Shown here one piece after another: positions 24,404 to 33,058 of a stretch of 64,000 bases of DNA. The translations under genes and the position numbers were made by a program. How positions within the stretch are numbered: the first letter of the stretch is position 1; each line of letters starts with the position of its first letter. The notes beneath the pieces were generated by a model. It was not told the DNA's origin and did no database searches. It was given only the letters and a program-made list of their open reading frames with translations. The stretch is taken from the NCBI GenBank assembly GCA_963835065.1, contig CAWIEK010000044.1:32001-96000 (forward strand), in the 5' to 3' direction. Source of the DNA: an uncultured Chthonomonadaceae bacterium. Lineage in GTDB: Bacteria; Armatimonadota; Chthonomonadetes; Chthonomonadales; Chthonomonadaceae.

Positions 24404-26098
24404 ATGTCGGAAATGGTCATACCTGGAACGTATATCTCGGTGCGGGCGGAGGGTCTGATTACGGCAGGCCGCATCTCGTCGGGCATCGTGGGCGTGGTCG
24501 GCACGGCGGAAAGCGGGCCGATCAATACGCCGGTCACGCTTGCCAACTTCGCCGACGCCCGCGCCATCTTCGGACGCGCCGACGACCCGGCCAACGCCAT
24601 TGATCCCGGTTCGCCCATGCTGACCCTGGTGAAAGCGCTGCAATTCGCCTACGACAACGGCGCGTCGTCCATCATTGGGGTGCGGGTGGCGGGTACGGGC
24701 GCGGCTTCGGCCACATTCGCCCTGCCGGGCGAAACCGCGAACACGACGGTTGCCACGCTGACCGCCAAAACGCCCGGCACTTACGCCAACAACTTGCGCG
24801 TACAGGTCACGCCCGCGCAGGAGCGCGCCCACATCGTCGGCGAAACGAGCGCGTCCAATGTCAAACTGAACTACGGAGGCGTCGCCAGCGTACAGGGCGG
24901 CAAACTTGCCCTGCGCCGCGCCGCAACCCACAGAGTGGACACCTTCGATGTCGTGTTCCCCGCCCCTGCCCCTGCGCCCACCCCCGCGCCCGCTGTCGGA
25001 CAGGTGGTTATCAGCCCCGATACGGGCGCTCTCACCTTTGAAGCCACGCAAGTGCCGGCTGCCGGGGATCAATTGCTTGCCACCTACGATGTCGCGCCCG
25101 CAAGCGCGCGCCTAGTCACGCTTTCGCTTAACGGCACGGTGGAGCGCTATACCGTACCCGACGGCCAATCCCTCGTCAACTATATAAAGGCTGGTTCGCG
25201 CCTTGTCACGGCCATTGCCGACGCCAAAAACAGCGGCGGATTGCCCAAAGCCGGAACCGACTCATACCTGGGAACCGGAACCAATACGCAGGGCGCGGAC
25301 GGCCCCACTGCCGCCGGCGACGATTACGCGACGGGACTGGACACCCTGAGTGACCGCATGGTGAACATCGTCGTATTGGCCGGGCAGGACGCCAAAACAA
25401 TGGGCAGCCGCCTCATTTCGCATCTCAATTCTACTGAAAACAGCGACCACGAGCGCATCGGCGTGATCGGTGTGGCCGGCAACAGCGTGGATGATTATTT
25501 GGGACATGATGTTTCCAACGGGCGCGTTGTTCTCGTTGCGCCGGGTATTGCCAACATTTCGCCGAGTACCTCCAACCCGGATGGTTCTACCCTCCCGCCT
25601 GCTTACACTGCCGCCGCCGTTGCCGGCCTGATCGCTTCCCTCGACGTGCAAGCCAGCCTGACCAACAAAGCCGTCAACGTTCCCGGCCTGGACATCCGCG
25701 CCAATCGGGGCCAACAGGCGCAGTTGATTGGGCGCAGCATCCTGACCGTGATTGCCAAAGACGGCTATCGCGTCCTGAAAAGCGTGACGGCGGCGGGCGA
25801 GGGCGACCCCTTTATCAACATCACCACGCGCCGAATTGTGGATTATGCCAAGTACGGCGTCCGCTCCGCCGCCAATCCCTATCTGGGCCGTCTAAACAAT
25901 TCCCGCGTTCGGGGCGCGATGAAATCCACGCTCGACGCCTTCCTGACGGGCATGGTGGAAGACGAGGCGCTGACCGGCTACAAACTGACCGTAGACGCCA
26001 CCCGCGCTCAGGAAATCGCCGGCGAAGTCAGCGTCGTAATGATCCTTCAGCCCACGTTCAGCATTGATTACATTCGCGTAGTGATGAATCTGCAATGA
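24404..26098 (+). CDS. Contractile tail sheath protein
   Basis: N-terminal PGTYI...GVVGTAESGPINTP; C-terminal RRIVDY...YLGRLN...LQPTFSIDYIRV. Confidence 0.92.
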   Translation: MSEMVIPGTYISVRAEGLITAGRISSGIVGVVGTAESGPINTPVTLANFADARAIFGRADDPANAIDPGSPMLTLVKALQFAYDNGASSIIGVRVAGTGAASATFALPGETANTTVATLTAKTPGTYANNLRVQVTPAQERAHIVGETSASNVKLNYGGVASVQGGKLALRRAATHRVDTFDVVFPAPAPAPTPAPAVGQVVISPDTGALTFEATQVPAAGDQLLATYDVAPASARLVTLSLNGTVERYTVPDGQSLVNYIKAGSRLVTAIADAKNSGGLPKAGTDSYLGTGTNTQGADGPTAAGDDYATGLDTLSDRMVNIVVLAGQDAKTMGSRLISHLNSTENSDHERIGVIGVAGNSVDDYLGHDVSNGRVVLVAPGIANISPSTSNPDGSTLPPAYTAAAVAGLIASLDVQASLTNKAVNVPGLDIRANRGQQAQLIGRSILTVIAKDGYRVLKSVTAAGEGDPFINITTRRIVDYAKYGVRSAANPYLGRLNNSRVRGAMKSTLDAFLTGMVEDEALTGYKLTVDATRAQEIAGEVSVVMILQPTFSIDYIRVVMNLQ

Positions 26099-26099
26099 A

Positions 26100-26223
26100 G
26101 GGGTCAGGATTCAGGGGTCAGGGATCAGGGATAATGCCGCGTTGTAAGAAACGTTGCGCATAATCAAAATTTTAGCCAACAAGATATTGCTCCTGACCCC
26201 TGACCCCTGAATCCTGACCCCTG
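26100..26223. repeat. Inverted heptamer repeat hairpin (GGGTCAG/CCTGACC) between sheath and tube genes
   Basis: About 31-bp near-perfect inverted repeat. Confidence 0.85.
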
Positions 26224-26244
26224 CCAAGAAAGGATTGTGCGCTC

Positions 26245-26751
26245 ATGCTCAATGATGTTTTTCGCGCCTCCGACGCCGTGCTGGTGCTGGGCGTGGACGA
26301 TCCCACCGCGCCCGAAGGCGCGGCGGCGAATGGCCTGGTCGAGCAATACAGCCTGACCAATGCGGTCGGCAGGCTGCGTAATGTTTCCGTCAGCGTGTCT
26401 ACGGACGTGCAGGCATTTTATGAAATCGGCAAGCGCTATCCCACCGAACTGCGGTCCGGCGTGATTCAGGTGTCCGGCACGGCGGAACGCGCCCACATCA
26501 ACGGCGCGTTGCTGCGTCTGATGCTTGGCGACGGAGCCGTCAGCCCGCCTTCGAGCGGCAATTTCGTGCAGCCGTCCTTCAATATCATCGCCACACTGGA
26601 AGACCCGGCTCATCCCGGCCAAACGTGTACCCTGACCATCTTCAGCGTCAAGTTCGACAGTTGGAAGTACACCATACCGGGCAGCGACTTCGTGATGGAA
26701 GCCATTTCGTTCCAGGCCATGCGCCTGTCGTATGATGAAGCCGGGGCGTAG
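26245..26751 (+). CDS. Tail tube protein
   Basis: 168 aa, directly after the sheath; beta-rich, FYEIGKRYP and VMEAISFQA tube-like motifs. Confidence 0.8.
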   Translation: MLNDVFRASDAVLVLGVDDPTAPEGAAANGLVEQYSLTNAVGRLRNVSVSVSTDVQAFYEIGKRYPTELRSGVIQVSGTAERAHINGALLRLMLGDGAVSPPSSGNFVQPSFNIIATLEDPAHPGQTCTLTIFSVKFDSWKYTIPGSDFVMEAISFQAMRLSYDEAGA

Positions 26752-26838
26752 GAGAGATACAAGATATAAGATATAAGATAAAAGTGAACTGCCTTTCCCT
26801 CGTATCTGCTTATATCTTATATCTTGTATCTCTCCTAC
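26748..26838. repeat. 30-bp perfect inverted repeat built from GATATAA heptamers, after the tube gene
   Basis: 26748-26777 is the exact reverse complement of 26809-26838. Confidence 0.92.
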
Positions 26839-26851
26839 CCAGGAGTAAGCA

Positions 26852-27364
26852 GTGGCGGACGAGGAAGCGGCGCGCGCGCTGACGGCGCAGGACTTGCTGG
26901 CGGGCGGCAAACTGGTGCATGACGTATGTATCCCGCCGGAGATATTGGCGCCGGGTGGGATGAACGGCGGAGGGGCGGGAGCATCGCTGGTGCGCCTGCG
27001 TCCGCTCAATGTCGCCATGCTTGCCCTGATTTCGCGGGCGGCGCGGGACGATGCGGGTTTGGTTCCCCTGCTGATGATTAAGGAAGCGCTGGTTGAGCCG
27101 ATGCTAAGTTTGGATCAGGCGCGTCAACTGCATGTCGGGCTGGTGCATTATCTGGTGGGGCAGATCAATGTGATTTCGGGGCTTACGGCTGAGGGCGATA
27201 CATTTGCGCAGGCGGCGTCCTCGCCCACCGGCCAGGCGTATCTGCTGCTGGCAAAGCACTTCGGCTGGACGCCCGAACAGGTCAGCCAACTAACGCCGGG
27301 GCAGGTCGCCATTTATCTGGCGGGCGTACAAGCGCTGCTGCAATATGAGGAGAAGCGGAAGTGA
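26852..27364 (+). CDS. Tail assembly chaperone-like protein
   Basis: Position after the tube; VRLRPL motif; C-terminal LAKHFGWTPEQVSQL resembles the gpE'/GT-type extension. Confidence 0.6.
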   Translation: MADEEAARALTAQDLLAGGKLVHDVCIPPEILAPGGMNGGGAGASLVRLRPLNVAMLALISRAARDDAGLVPLLMIKEALVEPMLSLDQARQLHVGLVHYLVGQINVISGLTAEGDTFAQAASSPTGQAYLLLAKHFGWTPEQVSQLTPGQVAIYLAGVQALLQYEEKRK

Positions 27365-28614
27365 GCGAAACACAGGCGTTTCGATTGGACGCTTTGGGAC
27401 AACCCCTGTGCCGCATGGCGCAGGCGTTGTTCGCGCCCGTTGCCGCGCCTGCCTGCCTGCCCACGCTCCCCATCCTGCAAACCGACCCCGCCTTGCAAAT
27501 GAGCGCTTTGTTCCTGCCGTTGACCCATTCCACGCGCCGTCCTGTCAACGTGGTTCCACAGCCGCCGGAATCGGCTGCGGAACCGCGCCCGGACGTAACG
27601 CCTGCCCTCGTCGCTGATTGGCAGGCCAGAAATAGTGCCGGTTCGGTTGGGCTAAACCGGACGGCAGATTTGCCGGACGCAGGGCGCGAAACACCAGAGA
27701 ACGCGCGCGCGTCCCAACGCCCCGCGTCTGATTCTCTATTCCCTTCCGCTATATCCAATGCGCCACAGCGCGTAACGAAGTTTTTGCCCGGTACGCCAAT
27801 CGCGCCACCAACAGCCACGTTCGGGTTTTTACCATCAATGTCGCCGGCGTTGCCGATAGAAGCAGGCATTGCGCCGAGCGATGCGGCAAAAAACTTGCAG
27901 ACAAATACAACGCAGGCAAAAACAGCGCAGACGGCAAGCCCCGCCGTCCCGGACGTTCTTCAGGCGCTGCGCGCGCTTACCACAACCGCCCGGACAACGG
28001 CGCTGCCTTTCGCCGGGCAGAACCACGCTTCGCCCGGCCTGCCAACGCTGTCCGCAAACCCGTTCGCGCCACTGGAAGCGGCTGTCGCCTACATGCCGGA
28101 TGCCACGCTTTTTCCGTCTTTGAACGGCGAAAACGAGGTCAGTAACAATGTCAGCAGCGAAACCCAAACACCGTTTCGGGAAGCGTTTGCGCCGAGTACG
28201 GACGGCTTGATGCAGGCGCGGCAGGCCTACACAGCAGACGCGAACACCGGGCAAACTCACGTGGAACAAGCCAACGGCAGACGGGGCGAACCGCTTGAAA
28301 CCATGCCGCCAATGGCAACGCCCCCGCAGGCTGGAAACGACAACGCGCCGATGCGATTGACGCGCGAAACTGCGCCGCTTGCCGCCATGCTGCAAACACT
28401 GGTTCAGGCCGCGCCGTTCGCTTCATCGGTGGCGGCACTTTCCGAGCGACAGGCCCCGCCTACACTTCCGGCATTTACCCCGACGTTTGAAGATTTGCCG
28501 AACAATGCGCCGCCAACTGCCGCCCCTCCTCCCGACATAGACGCGCTGATACAAGCCCTAGAGGAGCATCTGGAACTGGAATTCCGCCGCGCTTACGGCA
28601 CATCGGGACGGTGA
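27361..28614 (+). CDS. Pro/Ala-rich low-complexity protein with short C-terminal helix
   Basis: GTGA overlap with the chaperone; ends DIDALIQALEEHLELEFRRAYG. Confidence 0.55.
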   Translation: MSETQAFRLDALGQPLCRMAQALFAPVAAPACLPTLPILQTDPALQMSALFLPLTHSTRRPVNVVPQPPESAAEPRPDVTPALVADWQARNSAGSVGLNRTADLPDAGRETPENARASQRPASDSLFPSAISNAPQRVTKFLPGTPIAPPTATFGFLPSMSPALPIEAGIAPSDAAKNLQTNTTQAKTAQTASPAVPDVLQALRALTTTARTTALPFAGQNHASPGLPTLSANPFAPLEAAVAYMPDATLFPSLNGENEVSNNVSSETQTPFREAFAPSTDGLMQARQAYTADANTGQTHVEQANGRRGEPLETMPPMATPPQAGNDNAPMRLTRETAPLAAMLQTLVQAAPFASSVAALSERQAPPTLPAFTPTFEDLPNNAPPTAAPPPDIDALIQALEEHLELEFRRAYGTSGR

Positions 28615-28766
28615 GGGGGTAGGCATCAGGCATTAGGCATTAGAGAAGAAGTGAAGAGGAGAAGAGAAGAAGATATTAGATATTAGATATTAGCCACATA
28701 GAAGAAGACGGAAGCCGTATTCACAATCGGCAATCGAAAATCCAAACACCGGAGAGTACCGCGACA

Positions 28767-29378
28767 ATGGCTGTGGAATTGGGCAAAATCAGTTTGGAGC
28801 ATTTGACGCAGGTGAGCGTGGTGGAGGAGCCGCGCATTGCCTTTCAGTCCGTGCCGGGATTGAAAGGCGACCTGGCGCAAACGATGGGGCGCGCGTCCGT
28901 ATCCGTCAATTTTCACGGCCTGTTTTATGGTCCCAAAGCCGGGGATGATCTGGCGCAGTTACGCGCCGCTTTTGCCGAAAACGCGCCCATAGATTTCTTT
29001 ACGGAAGCGGTCGGACAGGGCTATTTCGCCAAAGTGCTGATTACCCGGCTGGAAGTGGCGCAAAAAGCCGGGTATCTGGATCAATTTGATTATCAGTGCA
29101 GCGTCCGGGAGTATGTGGAACCGCCCGCGCCCGCCGCCGACACGCTGGCTGGATTGGACGCCGGCCTGAAAACGGAAGCCGCCGGGTTTATGAAGGATGT
29201 GGAAGGCTCACTCGGCGCGGTTAGCGACCTGACCGACCTTGTGAACAACCTGCCCCTCAACCTGCCCGTTTTCAGCGACCCGACTACGAAACTCAAAACC
29301 ATCGGCGGGCCGTTCGAGAGCGCCGTCACCGATACGGGGCCATTGACCGCGTTGAGCGATGTCGCCGGGTTGTTCTAA
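28767..29378 (+). CDS. Tube initiator / DNA-circularisation-N-like baseplate-proximal protein
   Basis: VPGLKGDLAQTMGRAS...FDYQCSVREY tube-like fold pattern; position in the operon. Confidence 0.55.
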   Translation: MAVELGKISLEHLTQVSVVEEPRIAFQSVPGLKGDLAQTMGRASVSVNFHGLFYGPKAGDDLAQLRAAFAENAPIDFFTEAVGQGYFAKVLITRLEVAQKAGYLDQFDYQCSVREYVEPPAPAADTLAGLDAGLKTEAAGFMKDVEGSLGAVSDLTDLVNNLPLNLPVFSDPTTKLKTIGGPFESAVTDTGPLTALSDVAGLF

Positions 29379-29555
29379 CACATTGGTATTCTGAAAATGC
29401 CGGTATTCGGTGTTCGGTGTTCGGTATTCGGACAATCCGGCGTGTTTATGCTCGAAGGTGAGCGTAGTTCATGGGGCTATCCTGAATATTTGCGTTCATT
29501 CGCGTTCATTTGCGGCTAAATTCCCTTTGTATTTTCTTGTAAGTGGAGTGTGCTT

Positions 29556-32500
29556 GTGGCTGGTTTTCTGGCGGACCTTCCGAATATATCGCCGCTTTTT
29601 CAGGGCCGTGAAGAATTGGCGAACGCGCTCCTGGGCGCGCTTGCCAAGATCAACACGGACGATGGTTCGCCCACGCCCCTCAGCGTTGCCCTGGAAGAGT
29701 TCGACGCCCTAAATAAGAAGCTCGACATAGACGTGAGCGGCCTCACGGTTAAGCTGCCGTCCGCCCTCAAAACCATTGAAAACCTGCTGCCGTCCGATTT
29801 GTTCGACAGCATTGACTCCATACAGAAGGACTTCAACGACGCGCGCAAGTTCCTCGAAGACAGCGAACTGCGCCATGCCATAGCCGACGGCGCGGATTTA
29901 CAAACTGTCGCGCTTGCCGTGATAGACGATGTTCTGGCCCTGTTCAAAACCCGGTTGGGCGATCTTGCCAAACAGTTGATTGACCCCGCTCTGGTGGCGC
30001 AGATAACGTCGGCGTTTCAGGCGATGGAGGATTTCAAGGCCAACTTCGCCGGGAAAAAGGCAAACTTTGAAACCTTTGCCAACGACTTTCTCATCGGCAA
30101 TCCACTTGACCTGCTGAAATCGCCGCAGGACTTTCTGAACAAACTGTACGCCGACTTCGACGCGCTCAAAGATGACAATCTGAAATCGCTGCTTGGTCAG
30201 GCGCAGACCGCGCTTGCCGACGCCCTGAAAGCCCTGCAGGATCAACTGCAAAAGCCCTTCGACGCTACTGTGGACGCCGCGTACAAGACGCTGGACGATC
30301 TGGTTCTCGCGGTTGACAGCGCCCTGCATACGCTTCTGGACGCGGCCACAAAAGTGTACGGCACGGTGCAGACGGTGGTTGACAGCAGTATTTGGGATAC
30401 GTTATTCGCCACGTACAGCCAGGCGCTGGACAGCCTGCCCCTGACGCGCCCACCCAGCCTCAATGAAATGGTGGACACCATTGCTAACGCGCTGGACGGC
30501 ATCGTCGGCAAGTTCGATACGGGATTGACACCGGCGGAACTGCAAAAGCGCATGGGCGCGTTGACGCAATCCCTGCACGACTCGCTGGTGAAATCCGCCA
30601 TGTGGCAGACCCGGCAGCTGCTCATTGATTTTCTGGCGACGATACAACACGCTATCGAAGGTATCCCGCTGGAACAGGTGCGCGACAAAGTTCAAGCGGC
30701 TATGACGACGGCGCATCAGAAACTTGATGAACTGGGCGTCACCAATATCGCGCAAACTATCGCCGACGCTTTCAAAAACGCGCAGGATTTTATTACCGCC
30801 CAGATCAACGATAACCTGATTGCCACGATTAGCGCCGGCATGGATCAAGTCATTGCCGAGATGAACAAGCTGCCGATTGACAACCTGCTCAATCAAATTT
30901 CAGCGGGCGTACAAACAGTACAGGACGTGATTGACAAGGTGGACAAGGCGCTTTCCGACAAGATCGCGGAAGTCAACACCCTGCTGGAAAAATTGGACGG
31001 ACTGAGCTACGCGCCTGTCAGCAACGAAGTCATCGGGGAGATTGACAAGGTAAAGCAGAAGCTGCAGGCGATGCGTCCCGACGCGCTTTCCAGCGCGCAA
31101 AAATTGGCGATCAAGGCCGCGCTGGCCGTTCTGGAAGCCGTGAAGCTGGAAGATGTTGTAGAAACCGAAATCAAAAAGGGCTACCACGCGGCGGAAGGCG
31201 AAATCAAGAAATTACTCGATGCGCTGACCGAAAAACTAAAAGAGTTCAAGGATAAGATAGACATTTTCGATCCCAAAACGCTGCTTGCGCCGGTCAACGA
31301 AGTGTTTGCCAAAGCGAGCGCGGAACTGGAAAAGATCAACGGGCGGCTGCTTGCCAAACCCTTGTTCGCGCAGTTCGACAAGGTTTCCGGCCTGCTGGAG
31401 CATCTGTCGCCGGGCAATTTATTGCAGCCCCTGGAAGCGCCGTATCAAACGCTGATCGGGTTTGCGGACAAATTGGACCCCGACAGGTGGATCGGTTCAC
31501 TTGATGACCTGTACAAGCAACTTCAGAATTTGCTGAAGTACACGGACGTGTCGCCGCTGATGGCTGAACTTGACAAGCGCCGCGCGGCCTTGTTCGATGA
31601 TGCCCGCAAAGCGATGGGCGACGCCTTAGATCAGGCCGTGAAGAGTTTGCCCACGCCCCTGCAAGCCTCATTCGGAGCCGTCGCGCCCGTGCTGGACGAC
31701 GCGGCGACAATTTTATTCGGCGGCAAGGATACGGATTTAAGCACGGTTGGCGCAGACCTTGCCAAAAACTACAAACTCAGCGGCGTGTTCGCGCCCCTCG
31801 AATCGCTGTTTGATGAGTTCGTCGCTCTGGTCAATGCCGCGCCCCACGATGATGTAACGGCAGTCCTGAACGACATACGAGGCGGCCTGACAACCGGATT
31901 GGGCGCGCTTGATCCCGCGAATGTGGTCAGCGCCCTGCGAACCATACAGCAGCGCCTTGCCGGATTGACGCCCTCGACAATGCTGCAACTGCCTGACGCG
32001 CTTTCCGGCCTGCCCGCCCTTGTGGATAAAGCGCTCGGCGCGGCAGTTCCCGGCCACGAGGCGCAGGCAAAAAAACTACGGGACGATACAGCGAAACTGG
32101 CGCTGTGGGCGACGCCCGCCGATGCCGCAAGCCCCCTGCGCGACCTGGACACGGCGCATACGGCTCTGGTTGCGGCGTTGACAAAGCGGGTTGATGCGCT
32201 GAATGCTTCGTCCGCGCAGGCTTCGTATGCGCGCGTCCACGATTGGGTGCAGTCCACGCTGCCTGCGTTCCTGCGCCAATCCGACGCGCTCACGTACCAG
32301 AACATTCTGGACGGCCTGGCCGACATGCGCCCCATCAAGCAGGCCGCTCGTCTGGATGACAAGATGCAGGCGTTCCTGACGCATCTCGCGCCCTTGCAGG
32401 ACGCCATTACGCAGTCGGCGAACAGCCTGTTTTCCGGCCTGCGCGACGCCTTGCAGATGCTCAACCCGCTCACCTTGCAGGATCAGGCCAAAGCCATTTA

Positions 32501-32987
32501 CGAGGCCATTACGACGAAAATGGCCGTTCTCGACCCGGTTCCGCTTGCCAAACAGTTGCGAACGGACATTTATTTGCCCCTGCGCGTACCCCTCGACGCC
32601 ATCGCGCCGGACAAAATCGCCGCGCAGCTTAATGCCGCGTTCAAAGCCGTTTCTACCGCGCTCACGGACGGAGTGCGCGCGCTGCTGGACAAGATCGTAG
32701 GCGCGGTAGACGCCAAATTGACCGACGTTCGGACGCGCATACAGGCCATCATCAAGCAGGTGCAGGACCTCATCACCGGTACCGTAACTAAGGTGCGGGC
32801 GGCATTGGACAAACTGGAAAATATCATTTTCGTGGGCGTATTGGAACGCCTGCAAAAGCTCATAGACAAATTGGGCGTCAGCTTCGACAAGGAATTGAAC
32901 CGGGTAGTACAAGCCTTCGACGCGATGCTGGCCGCCATCCCGCTCAAAAGCAATTCGCCTCCGGCGGCTTTGCCCCTTGCGGCGTAA
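29556..32987 (+). CDS. Long amphipathic alpha-helical protein (tape-measure-like)
   Basis: About 1140 aa, A/L/D/K-rich helical sequence with recurring LDP/LNP breaks; start GTG 29550 or 29556. Confidence 0.6.
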   Translation: MAGFLADLPNISPLFQGREELANALLGALAKINTDDGSPTPLSVALEEFDALNKKLDIDVSGLTVKLPSALKTIENLLPSDLFDSIDSIQKDFNDARKFLEDSELRHAIADGADLQTVALAVIDDVLALFKTRLGDLAKQLIDPALVAQITSAFQAMEDFKANFAGKKANFETFANDFLIGNPLDLLKSPQDFLNKLYADFDALKDDNLKSLLGQAQTALADALKALQDQLQKPFDATVDAAYKTLDDLVLAVDSALHTLLDAATKVYGTVQTVVDSSIWDTLFATYSQALDSLPLTRPPSLNEMVDTIANALDGIVGKFDTGLTPAELQKRMGALTQSLHDSLVKSAMWQTRQLLIDFLATIQHAIEGIPLEQVRDKVQAAMTTAHQKLDELGVTNIAQTIADAFKNAQDFITAQINDNLIATISAGMDQVIAEMNKLPIDNLLNQISAGVQTVQDVIDKVDKALSDKIAEVNTLLEKLDGLSYAPVSNEVIGEIDKVKQKLQAMRPDALSSAQKLAIKAALAVLEAVKLEDVVETEIKKGYHAAEGEIKKLLDALTEKLKEFKDKIDIFDPKTLLAPVNEVFAKASAELEKINGRLLAKPLFAQFDKVSGLLEHLSPGNLLQPLEAPYQTLIGFADKLDPDRWIGSLDDLYKQLQNLLKYTDVSPLMAELDKRRAALFDDARKAMGDALDQAVKSLPTPLQASFGAVAPVLDDAATILFGGKDTDLSTVGADLAKNYKLSGVFAPLESLFDEFVALVNAAPHDDVTAVLNDIRGGLTTGLGALDPANVVSALRTIQQRLAGLTPSTMLQLPDALSGLPALVDKALGAAVPGHEAQAKKLRDDTAKLALWATPADAASPLRDLDTAHTALVAALTKRVDALNASSAQASYARVHDWVQSTLPAFLRQSDALTYQNILDGLADMRPIKQAARLDDKMQAFLTHLAPLQDAITQSANSLFSGLRDALQMLNPLTLQDQAKAIYEAITTKMAVLDPVPLAKQLRTDIYLPLRVPLDAIAPDKIAAQLNAAFKAVSTALTDGVRALLDKIVGAVDAKLTDVRTRIQAIIKQVQDLITGTVTKVRAALDKLENIIFVGVLERLQKLIDKLGVSFDKELNRVVQAFDAMLAAIPLKSNSPPAALPLAA

Positions 32988-33058
32988 ACCAATGGGTGTT
33001 GGGTGTTAGGTATTAGGTGTTGGGGTGATCAACGATTAGATTGAAGAAGGAAGCAAGT

